IMG/VR virus record: IMGVR_UViG_3300042561_000852
Span: 1-57,423 of that record
Length of the DNA: 57,423 nucleotides
From: a virus
Taxonomy: Duplodnaviria; Caudoviricetes
Strand: one strand, 5' to 3'
The notes under the pieces are model-generated. The model was not told the DNA's origin. It did not search any database and worked only from the letters and a program-made list of their open reading frames with translations. Each line of letters opens with the position of its first letter. Position 1 is the stretch's first letter. The position numbers and the translations under genes were made by a program. This document shows, piece by piece, positions 35,746-44,959 of this stretch.

Positions 35746-36173
35746 ACCTGATCATCAACGGAACCTTGAGCCTGCAGAAAGCGCAGAAGCAGCTGGCCGA
35801 CGCATGGGAGAAGCACAAGTTTCTCCGGATCACCATCGCGTGCGGATACGACAGGAGCGTCGTGCAGAACCGCTTGTCGCACGTCTGGTATCAGCAGGTC
35901 GGCCGGGAAACCGGCGACAGCCCGGCCGAGGTTCAGGCCTTCTGCAAGCTGACGTTCGGCGTCCCGGTGCTGCGCATGGAGTCGGAAGACTTCGCCCGCA
36001 GCGCCGAGTACCTGATCGACCCACTGCCCTACGAGCAGCAGATCGAGGCGATGCAGTGGCTCCCGGTCACGCGCCTGCTGACCGTGCAGGGCATGACCAC
36101 CTACCTGACCAACATGCAGCACTACTACGGGCGCCATGGCATCGCGCTCGCCGGCTTGGAGAAACAGCACTAA
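35742..36173 (+). CDS. NinB-like protein
   Basis: RSVVQNRLSHVW; nin position. Confidence 0.65.
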   Translation: MNLIINGTLSLQKAQKQLADAWEKHKFLRITIACGYDRSVVQNRLSHVWYQQVGRETGDSPAEVQAFCKLTFGVPVLRMESEDFARSAEYLIDPLPYEQQIEAMQWLPVTRLLTVQGMTTYLTNMQHYYGRHGIALAGLEKQH

Positions 36174-36517
36174 TGAGCGCACAACTCAAGCCCGCCGAGC
36201 GGGCCCGCATCCGCAAAATGAGCTACGCCCTGCGCGACGCGAACCGCGTCGAGGTCGCAGCGAAACAGTGGCGGGGCAGAGTCCTCGTTGCGCTCGCTGA
36301 TGGCCCAGCCACGCGCTACGAGCTGGCTGTCGAGCTGTGCGGCCGAGGCACAAGCCCGAGCACGCCCACGAAAAACGCGATCGACTCGGCTTTGCGCAAG
36401 CTGATCGCCGAGGGTCTGGTGCGGGAGCGGCCAGAACTGGAGCCGGGCGGCCGCCGCGTGCGCGTCGAGCCCGTGGTGGTGCTGGAGCTGGTCGAGCAGG
36501 GGAGTGCGGCGGCATGA
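36173..36517 (+). CDS. Winged-helix-like hypothetical protein
   Basis: VLVAL.DGP.T..ELA...LRKLIAEGLV; TAATG overlap. Confidence 0.6.
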   Translation: MSAQLKPAERARIRKMSYALRDANRVEVAAKQWRGRVLVALADGPATRYELAVELCGRGTSPSTPTKNAIDSALRKLIAEGLVRERPELEPGGRRVRVEPVVVLELVEQGSAAA

Positions 36518-36996
36518 CCACTCCGAGCGAGACAGTGCAGGCGGCGCAGCGCCTGCTGGCAGAGCGCGAGATCGTCGGGCTGGCGAAGTACGGCACGACG
36601 GTGGACCGCACGGACCTGCAGGCCGGCGACTGGCTGCAGCATGCGATTGAGGAGGCTTCGGATCTGCTGCTGTATTTGATCAGGCTGCAGCAGACGGCGG
36701 CGGGCTTCATGCCGCGCGTCACAAGTCCCTTCACAAGCGACGATGGAGACGCGCCAGTTGAAGACCCCGACCGCGCCGCCTACCTCGCCCGCTGGGCCAA
36801 TGCGCCGGCTGAGGCGACGCATCTGAGCGAGGACAGCAAGGGGATTGCAGACTGGTGGAAATGTGAGCCGAAGCAATACGTGGAGGGAGACGGCCACAAG
36901 ATCTGGATCGGTGCGCACTACTGCAGGCCTGCGCCTACGTCAATCCTAGGCCGCGTCGCCTGCGAGCCGCGCCCTGGGGCGGAGGGGGAGCGGTGA
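36514..36996 (+). CDS. Protein with a MazG-like nucleotide pyrophosphohydrolase domain
   Basis: GLAKYGTT..R.DL...WLQHAIEEASD...Y. Confidence 0.6.
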   Translation: MTTPSETVQAAQRLLAEREIVGLAKYGTTVDRTDLQAGDWLQHAIEEASDLLLYLIRLQQTAAGFMPRVTSPFTSDDGDAPVEDPDRAAYLARWANAPAEATHLSEDSKGIADWWKCEPKQYVEGDGHKIWIGAHYCRPAPTSILGRVACEPRPGAEGER

Positions 36997-37199
36997 GCGC
37001 GCAAGCGAAGTGCCGTCGCGCGTTGCGTTGGTCCGGCCTCTGGCTGTTCGCATGGCCTGCCTTCGTCTGGATGTGCGCGTGGCTGCACGGGGACTTCCCT
37101 GAGATTGTCGCAGCTCTCGCCTTGGGCCTTGGAGCGCTGAACGCAGCCTCGCACGCCTTCGACGCTGGGCGCCTATCGACCGAACGGTGGCGCCAGTGA
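36993..37199 (+). CDS. Small two-helix membrane protein
   Basis: Hydrophobic; GTGA overlaps. Confidence 0.55.
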   Translation: MSAQAKCRRALRWSGLWLFAWPAFVWMCAWLHGDFPEIVAALALGLGALNAASHAFDAGRLSTERWRQ

Positions 37200-37543
37200 G
37201 CGGCATCTACAGCCAGCCCGTGCAGCACCCCGGCAAGCCCGAGAACGCCATGCGAGCGCGGGCTGGCCTGCGGCCGCTGTGCTTCGACCGGCCGGGCTTT
37301 CCAGAGACTCAGACCGTCAATGACGGCTGGACATGGGACGGGATGCGTCAGCTTGAATCAGTGCGAAATCCGATGTCCAAGCACTGCGCGTCGTGGTCTG
37401 TCGCAGCCCACGAAGACCCAGCAACCGAATCCGTGCCCGGGCGCGAGTCTTGGCGATGCCTCGGCTGCCGGCACATGCCAACCGATCCGCGCGTGATCGA
37501 GCGCGCCCGGCTGTCCGAATGCGCGACCCCGACGACGACATGA
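37196..37543 (+). CDS. Hypothetical Cys-containing protein
   Basis: GTGA overlap; CLGC. Confidence 0.55.
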   Translation: MSGIYSQPVQHPGKPENAMRARAGLRPLCFDRPGFPETQTVNDGWTWDGMRQLESVRNPMSKHCASWSVAAHEDPATESVPGRESWRCLGCRHMPTDPRVIERARLSECATPTTT

Positions 37544-37662
37544 CCGGCGACCTGTTCGCGCCAGCGCAACGGAAGCGCGGCACCGGCTGGTGCTGGCTCT
37601 GCCAAGGCGAACGCGAGTGCGACGAGCCAGAACCCTGCTACCCAGAAGAGACAGACCAGTGA
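37540..37662 (+). CDS. Small Cys-rich hypothetical protein (40 aa)
   Basis: Coupled overlaps on both sides. Confidence 0.45.
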   Translation: MTGDLFAPAQRKRGTGWCWLCQGERECDEPEPCYPEETDQ

Positions 37663-37934
37663 CCCCAAAGCTTAGATCCAAGGCCAGATCGATCGCCGCC
37701 ACAGTCAACGTCAGTGGTGAACCTGCCTGCGTGTGGATTCTTGACCGAGGCGCTGACGTCGGCAGCGGCCCTGAATACCCGCCACGCGTTCCGTTCGCCA
37801 AGCACGTCGGCCGCTATTCGGCGCCGTGCTCGCATGGGGACATTGCAGACGACATCGAGCACGTCCTCGACGAGCTCGCACACAACCCGAAGCCGGGGCA
37901 GGGCCCGCGAGGCAAGCCGAGGAAGGCCACATGA
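37659..37934 (+). CDS. Hypothetical protein
   Basis: Coupled overlaps. Confidence 0.55.
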   Translation: MTPKLRSKARSIAATVNVSGEPACVWILDRGADVGSGPEYPPRVPFAKHVGRYSAPCSHGDIADDIEHVLDELAHNPKPGQGPRGKPRKAT

Positions 37935-38161
37935 CCAACGTGATCAAGCTCAACACCCGCAGCAAGAGCCCGGCCGACCTGCTTGAAGTGCTGCGACAGA
38001 AGATCGAAGCGGGCGAGGTCGAGGTGCTGATGTTCTGCATAGTCGACACGGCCGGCTGCACCAGCACCCGCTTCTCGACAGCGTCCGTGCACACGCTTCT
38101 CGGCATGGCCGCGGTCGTGGACTTCGACGTCAAGCAGTCATGCCTCGGCGGTGACTCGTGA
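37931..38161 (+). CDS. Hypothetical protein
   Basis: GAGGAAGG SD; NVIKL start. Confidence 0.65.
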   Translation: MTNVIKLNTRSKSPADLLEVLRQKIEAGEVEVLMFCIVDTAGCTSTRFSTASVHTLLGMAAVVDFDVKQSCLGGDS

Positions 38162-38670
38162 GCTGCGCCACTGAGCACGAAGAAGCCAAGGCCCTGGTAC
38201 AGGCCGTGACACTCAATGAAGCCCGACACCCTGAGCTGCGCATGCTGTTCGCCGTCCCCAACGGCGGCGATCGGCACAAAGCCACGGCCGGAAAGCTGCG
38301 CGCCGAGGGCGTCAAGCCCGGCGTGCCCGACTACGTCCTACCCGTCGCCCGAGGCGGGTTTCATGGCCTGGTGATCGAGCTCAAGAGAGAGCGCGGCGGC
38401 CGCACATCAGGGGAGCAAGAACAATGGATCGAAGCATTCCGGCAGCAAGGCTGGCGCGCGGAGGTGTGCAAGGGCTGGATTCAGGCCCTGATGGTCCTGT
38501 CCGACTATCTCGGGGTCAGGCTCGCAGGCAGCGAGCTGGGCGAACACTCGAGTACCGGACAGTCCCCGTCGCCGAAGTCTGGTCGGCGATCCTCGCCGCA
38601 GACCCGGCGCTCAGCCCCTGGCTGCGCTGGCGCATCCCCGATCCGAGCGAGCAGGGCGTGGAAGTGGTGA
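38158..38670 (+). CDS. VRR-NUC nuclease
   Basis: EHEE...AVPNGG...GVKPGVPD...IELK...Q..W. Confidence 0.9.
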   Translation: MSCATEHEEAKALVQAVTLNEARHPELRMLFAVPNGGDRHKATAGKLRAEGVKPGVPDYVLPVARGGFHGLVIELKRERGGRTSGEQEQWIEAFRQQGWRAEVCKGWIQALMVLSDYLGVRLAGSELGEHSSTGQSPSPKSGRRSSPQTRRSAPGCAGASPIRASRAWKW

Positions 38671-38978
38671 CCTACCGCTGGATAGCCGAGATCTGCCGCA
38701 GGGAGCTGCACATGGCCGGCTGCTCACTGCGCGCCGGAACCGAGTACCGATGGGCGAGCACGATCATGCTGGACATCGGGAGACAGAAGCCCCTCGCCGC
38801 GTACTTCCGCGTCTCGTACTCGGGTGCGAACTACCAAGACTGGATGCGGCGCGGGCTAGATCGGCCGTATAGCGCGGCGAAGGCTGTCGTAGAGCGGGCG
38901 ATATCTCGGATTGAGGGCAGCATCAAGGTCGAAGTGCCTTCCGGCTTAGGGCTGCGACGCATGATTGTTGCGCGATAA
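38424..38978 (+). CDS. Hypothetical protein at the late-regulator (Q) position; start uncertain
   Basis: Protein-like C-terminal 140 aa; last gene before the intergenic late region. Confidence 0.55.
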   Translation: MDRSIPAARLARGGVQGLDSGPDGPVRLSRGQARRQRAGRTLEYRTVPVAEVWSAILAADPALSPWLRWRIPDPSEQGVEVVTYRWIAEICRRELHMAGCSLRAGTEYRWASTIMLDIGRQKPLAAYFRVSYSGANYQDWMRRGLDRPYSAAKAVVERAISRIEGSIKVEVPSGLGLRRMIVAR

Positions 38979-39112
38979 GGGAGCTTCCTTCCCTAAAACG
39001 GCGTCATCTGGTCGATTGACGCAACAATAATTCGACCTCGCCGAGTGGATATGCAAGGAAGTTGCGTGGAGCGTTCCGCCAGCGCAACGATCCAACGCCT
39101 TCAGGCCAGTTG

Positions 39113-39127
39113 CTGCAATTAAGTGCC
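39113..39127 (+). promoter_or_regulatory. Late motif CTGCAATTAAGTGCC, copy 2
   Basis: Identical to 2188-2202; upstream of the lysis cassette. Confidence 0.7.
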
Positions 39128-39254
39128 GGCCGCTCTCAGTGCGCGAACCTCGCCAAGCCCGGCATGGATGCGGGGCGCAACCCCAGGGACGGGGCCGGGG
39201 CGGTCGGTGCAACGCCGGCCGCCCCGCTTTGACGAGGCGAGGTGAGGCGAGAGC

Positions 39255-39578
39255 ATGGACTTGACGACGTTTCTGACGATTGCGGGCGGCTTGGTGACGG
39301 TGGGCGGAACCATCGTCGGCTGGGTGCTGATCCTGCAACGCCGCCTGCATGAGCTGGACAAGCGCGTGCAGAGACTGGAAGACACCAGCGTCAAAACGCC
39401 CGAGCTGGCCACGGCAATGCGCGAGCTGCGCGAGTACCTGGACCGGCGATTCAAGGAAATCGAGCAAGACCTAGAGCCGATCAAGAGGCGCCTTGCGGTG
39501 CTGGCTGACCGCGAGGGCCTGGAAGAGGGCGGCTACGAGGGTCCGAACGCGAGAGCGAGGGCCCGGGCGGGTGGATAA
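39255..39578 (+). CDS. Putative holin/antiholin-like membrane protein
   Basis: N-terminal TM plus coiled coil; first late gene; GAGG SD. Confidence 0.6.
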   Translation: MDLTTFLTIAGGLVTVGGTIVGWVLILQRRLHELDKRVQRLEDTSVKTPELATAMRELREYLDRRFKEIEQDLEPIKRRLAVLADREGLEEGGYEGPNARARARAGG

Positions 39579-39858
39579 CGGAGACGACAACCTGCCGGCG
39601 CTGCTGCGTGCCCTGCGCGGCAGCAACACCACGACGGTCAACGTCAACGCTGGCGGCGTAGGCGTCTGGCTATGCCTGACGGCCCTGTGCGTCGTGTGCG
39701 TCGTGTCAGTCATGACCGCAAACGAGCGGGCCAAGGACGTGGCACGCCAAGACAGAGAAATCAGCGACCTGCGCGACGACGTGCAGGCCCTGAACGACTA
39801 CCTGAGCGCCATCTACATGCAGGCGCCGCACTTGAAGCCGAAGGAGCCCGAGCAATGA
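39571..39858 (+). CDS. Single-TM lysis-cassette protein
   Basis: TM plus coiled coil; overlaps the previous stop. Confidence 0.6.
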   Translation: MDNGDDNLPALLRALRGSNTTTVNVNAGGVGVWLCLTALCVVCVVSVMTANERAKDVARQDREISDLRDDVQALNDYLSAIYMQAPHLKPKEPEQ

Positions 39859-39992
39859 GCCGTCCGACCATCATCATCATCACGCCACCGCCGCCGGCTG
39901 AAGAGCTGGCCGCGATCGTCGCTGCGCTGGCGGCGACCCCACTGCCGACGGCGCCGCCGACCAGCCCCCCCGCCGCGGAGCGTGTCGAGTGA
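39855..39992 (+). CDS. Small Pro-rich hypothetical protein
   Basis: AAGGAG SD; overlaps on both sides. Confidence 0.5.
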   Translation: MSRPTIIIITPPPPAEELAAIVAALAATPLPTAPPTSPPAAERVE

Positions 39993-40504
39993 AGCCGCAA
40001 AGCAAGGTCATCGGCGGCGGCGCGGCCGCGGTGATCATCGGCGCGTCCGCGATCCTCATGTCGGGCGAAGGGCTGGTGCTGCGCACCTACGGTGACCCCG
40101 TGTGGGGCGAGCGCGTGCCGACCGCCTGCGTAGGCGAGACGGGCCCGCATATCCGCATGGGCCAGACGTTCACGCACGAGCAGTGCATGCAGATGCTCGG
40201 CAAGCGGGTCGAACTGTCCTGGCAGCGGATCGATCGCTGCTTGCAGCGCCCGGTGCCGGTCAATGTGGCCGTCTCGCTGGTGGACCTGGGATACAACGTC
40301 GGCGAGCAGGCCGTGTGCGAAAGCACGCTGATGCGTCAGATCAATGCCGGTCAGCCGCCGGCCGTCTACTGCGAGCAGTTTCGCCGCTGGGTGTTCGTCG
40401 GCGGCCGAGATTGTCGCGTTCAGAGCAACAACTGCCGGGGCATCGTTGCGCGAAGGGAACACGCGCGCTCGCTGTGTCTCGGAAACGTCCCCGTCCCTCG
40501 ATAG
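39989..40504 (+). CDS. Endolysin, GH24 lysozyme, likely SAR type
   Basis: EG.....Y.D.......T.C.G.T; YNVG...STL; Gly/Ala-rich N-terminal helix. Confidence 0.9.
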   Translation: MKPQSKVIGGGAAAVIIGASAILMSGEGLVLRTYGDPVWGERVPTACVGETGPHIRMGQTFTHEQCMQMLGKRVELSWQRIDRCLQRPVPVNVAVSLVDLGYNVGEQAVCESTLMRQINAGQPPAVYCEQFRRWVFVGGRDCRVQSNNCRGIVARREHARSLCLGNVPVPR

Positions 40505-40513
40505 GAAACCCCC

Positions 40514-41317
40514 ATGCGCACCTTGATCCTGATCCTGTTGATCCCCCTGCTGTCGGGCTGCATCGCCGGCAAGCAGCAATACGACAGCTACCTCAACACC
40601 AAGACCGAGATTGCAAAGCAGGAGGCCGTCGAAGAGCAGAAGCGCTCGGAGCGGTGGCAGGCTATGGCTGAAGCCTGCAAGGGCGACTCCGACTGCATCA
40701 AGGACGTGGCCCGAGAGGCGACGCTATCCGACGCGTTCGCAGCGCTCCAGAAGTCTGGCGGCGGCGGGAGCGGCGACATCCAGCAGTTCCAGGTGCAGGC
40801 GCATCCGGCGACGGCGGCGCTTACCTCGTTGGGCGGCGTGGCGCTTCAGCAGGGCATTCAGGGCGCCGTGCAGATCCGGCAGAGCGACAACAACGCGGCG
40901 GTCGCGATCAACGCCAACACGATGCAGGCGCAGACGCAGCAGGCAGCCATCGGCCTGGGCATCGCCGCGGTCAACAGTTCCGCGGGCGCGGTCACTTCGG
41001 TCGCGAACATCCTGCCCAACCTGGCGCCGACGCAGACGTACACGTCGGGCGGCCCGATGGCGCTCGGCAACCAGAACATCGGCGATCAGGTCGGCCGAGA
41101 CAACGTGCGCGACGGCTCGCAGGTAGGCCACAACACCGGGCCGATCAACACCGGAACTCAGAACCGCGGCGGCGTGATCGGCAGCGGTCAGATTGGCAAC
41201 GGCAGGCAGAACGCGCCCGGCCCGTTCACCGACAACAACAACACCGGCCCTCGATGCTCCGGCGAGCTGTGTCAGCAGACCGTTCCGCCGCCGCCTGTTG
41301 ATCCGGAGGGCGAGTGA
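40514..41317 (+). CDS. Lipoprotein of unknown function
   Basis: Lipobox LLSGC; Gly/Asn/Gln-rich C-terminus. Confidence 0.75.
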   Translation: MRTLILILLIPLLSGCIAGKQQYDSYLNTKTEIAKQEAVEEQKRSERWQAMAEACKGDSDCIKDVAREATLSDAFAALQKSGGGGSGDIQQFQVQAHPATAALTSLGGVALQQGIQGAVQIRQSDNNAAVAINANTMQAQTQQAAIGLGIAAVNSSAGAVTSVANILPNLAPTQTYTSGGPMALGNQNIGDQVGRDNVRDGSQVGHNTGPINTGTQNRGGVIGSGQIGNGRQNAPGPFTDNNNTGPRCSGELCQQTVPPPPVDPEGE

Positions 41318-41949
41318 TGCGAGCGCCCATATCGCTCCCCGAAAGCGTAGGCGGCGAGCCGCTGCTTGCCAAACTGATGAAGCTCTTTGGCGAGTTCTCG
41401 CTGGTGCCGTTTGAAGCTCAGCGAAGCCGCGAGCTGCGGCTTGATGATGTGAAGCTGGCGGTGGCGTATCGCGACGCCACTGGACAGGCGCCGGGCTCCC
41501 ATTGGGTGACTGTGCTGGTCGACCAGCGGTCTGAGGACGTCACTGCAGAGCGCTTCCGCGAAGCCCTGGCCGAGAAGTTCCCAGAGCGAGCGCCGAAGCC
41601 GAAGCCTGCCGAGGCGCCGCGCGTCACGCCGGCCGACATCGAGGCAGAAATCGCCAGCGAGCACTACTTCACGGCAGCCGATGGCGCGTACCAAGCTGGT
41701 CGAGGCAGCGATTACACCGAAATCGAATGGGCAGCGATCAAGGGCCCCCTGGGTCTGCTGACCTTCTGCGTCCTGCTGCTGCGCAACGGCTGCAAGGTGG
41801 TCGGCATCAACCACGGCCCGGTCGACCCGGCCAACTTCGATGCCGAGCACGGCCGCCGCGACGCGCGCGAGGACGCCATTCGACAGGTCTGGCCGCTGCT
41901 GGGCTTCCGTCTCCGCGATCGGCTGGCCAGTGAAGCCCCTCAACCCTGA
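41314..41949 (+). CDS. Gp49-family (Phage_gp49_66) domain protein with an extra N-terminal domain
   Basis: RVTPADIEA.I..EHYF...LTFCVL.LRNG..V.G....VDPANFDAE.G...A...A...VWPLLGF.L. Confidence 0.8.
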   Translation: MMRAPISLPESVGGEPLLAKLMKLFGEFSLVPFEAQRSRELRLDDVKLAVAYRDATGQAPGSHWVTVLVDQRSEDVTAERFREALAEKFPERAPKPKPAEAPRVTPADIEAEIASEHYFTAADGAYQAGRGSDYTEIEWAAIKGPLGLLTFCVLLLRNGCKVVGINHGPVDPANFDAEHGRRDAREDAIRQVWPLLGFRLRDRLASEAPQP

Positions 41950-42086
41950 AGCCCGCTGCAGCCGGTGCCAGCACTGGCGAGCAGCAACCTACGCCTGCGC
42001 CCTGTCGCCCCCGGGGCGCTGGCTTCCGTTCTGGGGCGATAGCGGCACGCGATGCCGCGAGTACGAAAGGCAAGGAAGCCGACACC

Positions 42087-42485
42087 ATGATCCAGATACC
42101 CGCGTTGAAGCTGGCCGGCTGGCCACTTCTGTCGCTGGGCCTGGTCGCTCTGGGCTCGATCGCGTTCAACACGATCCTGCTGTACCAGACCGGCCGGCTC
42201 GCGAACCAAGCTGAAACCGCGGCAGATGCCCGCGAGTACATCGTCCGCACCGAGCTGGCTGTGGCCGACAACAACGCGCTTCGAACGCACATCGGCCTGT
42301 CGGCGCTGGTCACCGGCTGGCTGGCCTCCGACCGAGTCGAGATCATGAAGGGCCTGAACGCTGTGGCAGAGCGTGCGCAGGTCCGAGACGTGCGATGGCG
42401 TGACCGCGACGTCCCGGCGCCTGCCTGTGGGCCGGGTCAGGAGTTCGTCGACGCGACCAACGAGCTGATCGGGGGTGAGCCGTGA
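42087..42485 (+). CDS. Putative i-spanin (Rz-like)
   Basis: N-terminal TM, periplasmic helix, C-terminal Cys; precedes a lipoprotein. Confidence 0.6.
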   Translation: MIQIPALKLAGWPLLSLGLVALGSIAFNTILLYQTGRLANQAETAADAREYIVRTELAVADNNALRTHIGLSALVTGWLASDRVEIMKGLNAVAERAQVRDVRWRDRDVPAPACGPGQEFVDATNELIGGEP

Positions 42486-42904
42486 TCCGCCGGCTGCTGG
42501 CCGACTGCATCGATTCCGCCTTCCGCGAGGACATCCGCGAGACGTGCGCGCGACAGGATGCGTCTCGCCTGTACGCATGGGTGCGCCTGGGCGCCCTGCT
42601 GCTGCTGGCGATGGCCCTGGCCGGCTGTGATCGCATGACGCAGACGGTGACGCGCCCCACGCCGCCGCTGGCCGTCATCTGCGACGAGGCCTGCAAGGCG
42701 CCGTGTCCGGAAGTGGCCGCGATCCGCTGGCAGCCGCCTGACGTCAACTCTGGCGAGGCTTGGAAGCTGCTGGTGTCCGACGTGGTCGCGAAGCTGGTCG
42801 AGTCCGGCGAGCAGTGCGAAGAGCAGCGCGCCGCGTGCAGCCGCTGCATCCAGACGATCGAGCGCAGCGGGCGCGTGTGCGGCACCTTCGAGGCCTGCCA
42901 GTGA
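42482..42904 (+). CDS. Putative o-spanin (Rz1-like lipoprotein)
   Basis: Lipobox LAGC, Pro/Cys-rich; start may be further downstream. Confidence 0.6.
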   Translation: MIRRLLADCIDSAFREDIRETCARQDASRLYAWVRLGALLLLAMALAGCDRMTQTVTRPTPPLAVICDEACKAPCPEVAAIRWQPPDVNSGEAWKLLVSDVVAKLVESGEQCEEQRAACSRCIQTIERSGRVCGTFEACQ

Positions 42905-43500
42905 GCGCGCGCAAGGGCAAGGCGCCAGCCAAGAAGTCGCCGAGCGACGCGCCGAAGAGGGGCCCAGGCCGCCCTCGCAACCCGCCCAAGCCGCCGCCGC
43001 CGCCAAAGGAGGAATCCGCGCGTGCTGGCGGCCTGAAGGCTGGCACCGGCCGCGGGCTCTACCGCCCCGAGTACGTGTCAATCGCTCGAAAGATGTGCCA
43101 GATGGGCGCGATCGACAAGGATCTGGCCGAGGCGTTCGGTGTGTCAGACAGGGCCATCAAGGACTGGCGTGCCGCGCATCCCGACTTCGCCGAGGCTTGC
43201 GCGATCGGCAAGGAGGCAGCCGACGACATGGTCGAGCGCGCGCTGTTTCACCGCGCCATCGGCTACGAGCACCCTGCCGAGAAGATCTTCAACAACAACG
43301 GCACCATCGTCCGCGCGGAAACGGTCGAGCACTACCCGCCCGACACCGCGGCCGCGTTCATCTGGCTCAAGAACCGCAAGCCAAAGAGCTGGCGCGACAG
43401 GCAGGAGATCGAGGTCACCGACCTGACAGCAACGGGCGAGGCTCTGCGCAAGGCGCGCGAGCGGCTGAAGAAGGCACAGGGCAGCAGTGACGCCGGCTGA
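42901..43500 (+). CDS. terS: Terminase small subunit
   Basis: GA.D..LA..FGVS..I..W...HP.F...PPDT.AAFIWLKNR. Confidence 0.9.
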   Translation: MSARKGKAPAKKSPSDAPKRGPGRPRNPPKPPPPPKEESARAGGLKAGTGRGLYRPEYVSIARKMCQMGAIDKDLAEAFGVSDRAIKDWRAAHPDFAEACAIGKEAADDMVERALFHRAIGYEHPAEKIFNNNGTIVRAETVEHYPPDTAAAFIWLKNRKPKSWRDRQEIEVTDLTATGEALRKARERLKKAQGSSDAG

Positions 43501-44947
43501 GCATGCAGCCATGTGCGAGGCGCTGGCCGGGTTCGAGTTCGACCCGGTCGGCTTCGTGCATTGGGCCTATCCGTGGGGTGAGCTTGGCACAGCGCTGGAG
43601 CATGACGTCGGTCCTGAGCAGTGGCAGATCGATCACCTGAAGCGGATCGGCGGCGAGCTGCTGGCCGGTGGCGACTTGGGCGCCGTGGTCGAGGAAGACA
43701 CGCCCGCAGGGCACGGCGTCGGCAAGTCCGCCGTCGTGTCTTGGCTGATCCATTGGGCGATCAGCACCCGCGAGAACACCCGCGGCGTGGTCACGGCGAA
43801 CACCGATACCCAGCTGCGCACGAAGACGTGGGCCGAGCTGGGCAAGTGGCATCAGCTGTTCATAGCTCGAGAACTGTTCACCCTGACCGCGACGGCGATC
43901 TACTCGTCCGACCCGGGCATGGACAAGACCTGGCGCATCGATCAGATCCCATGGAGCAAGGAGCGCTCCGAGGCCTTCGCAGGCCTGCACAACAAGGGCA
44001 ATCGCATCCTTGTGGTCTTCGACGAGGCTTCGGCGATCGATGACAAGATCTGGGAAGTCACCGAAGGCGCGCTCACCGACGAGCGAACCCAGATCATCTG
44101 GGCGCGATACGGCAACCCGACCCGCACATCCGGTGAGTTCTACCGTCGTTGCAACAAGCCGCGCAACAACCACGTCACCCGGATCGACTCGCGCACTGTC
44201 CGCTTCACAAACAAGGCGAAGATCGCGGATTGGATCGACGAGTACGGCGAGGACAGCGACTTTGTGCGCGTCCGCGTCCGCGGCATGTTCCCGCGCGCCG
44301 GCGCCAGCAACTTCATCAGCGCCGAAATGGTCGAGGTCGCGCGCCGCCGCGTGATTCCCCTCGGCGAGTACCAACTGTGGCCGAAGATCCTGAGCGTAGA
44401 CCCGGCGCGATTCGGCGACGACTGGACGAAGATCACGCTTCGCCAGGGGTACAAGGTCCACTGGCAGAAGGGCATGCAGGGATTCGACGGGATCGACGTC
44501 GCCGGCCGCGTGCGCGAGCTCTGCGAGGCAAACCCGGGCATCAAGTTCCTCGTATACGACGCCAACGGCAACGGCGCGGATCTGGATTCGGCGCTGCGTC
44601 GCATGTCCGGCCTTCCCGAGCTGGTGCCGGTCATGTGGGGCGTCCCTGCGAAGGACAGCAAGCAGTATTTCAACCAGCGCGCCGAGTGCTGGGGTCGCAT
44701 GCGCGAGTGGCTGAAGTACGCGGACATCCCTGACGACGACGAGCTGGCCAACGAGCTCACAAGCCTCGACTACGGGTATGACTCGCAATTCCGTATCCAG
44801 CTGCAGAGCAAGCGCGACATTAAGCGGAATGGCGGCAAGAGCCCAGACGGAGCCGACTCGCTGGCCCTGTCTTTCGTGATCGACACGCTCGACATGAAGG
44901 CCACCAGCGTCAAGGCGCGGCCGGTGCAGCCGCGCAGGATTGTCTAA
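43487..44947 (+). CDS. terL: Terminase large subunit
   Basis: GHGVGKS, VFDEAS, GNPT, VDPARFGDD, SPDGADSLA. Confidence 0.95.
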   Translation: MTPAEHAAMCEALAGFEFDPVGFVHWAYPWGELGTALEHDVGPEQWQIDHLKRIGGELLAGGDLGAVVEEDTPAGHGVGKSAVVSWLIHWAISTRENTRGVVTANTDTQLRTKTWAELGKWHQLFIARELFTLTATAIYSSDPGMDKTWRIDQIPWSKERSEAFAGLHNKGNRILVVFDEASAIDDKIWEVTEGALTDERTQIIWARYGNPTRTSGEFYRRCNKPRNNHVTRIDSRTVRFTNKAKIADWIDEYGEDSDFVRVRVRGMFPRAGASNFISAEMVEVARRRVIPLGEYQLWPKILSVDPARFGDDWTKITLRQGYKVHWQKGMQGFDGIDVAGRVRELCEANPGIKFLVYDANGNGADLDSALRRMSGLPELVPVMWGVPAKDSKQYFNQRAECWGRMREWLKYADIPDDDELANELTSLDYGYDSQFRIQLQSKRDIKRNGGKSPDGADSLALSFVIDTLDMKATSVKARPVQPRRIV

Positions 44948-44959
44948 GGGAAGGAACCC

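Noticed and set aside
39016-39045. Sigma70 PR'-like promoter at TTGACG
   Set aside because: No acceptable -10 at 16-18 bp spacing
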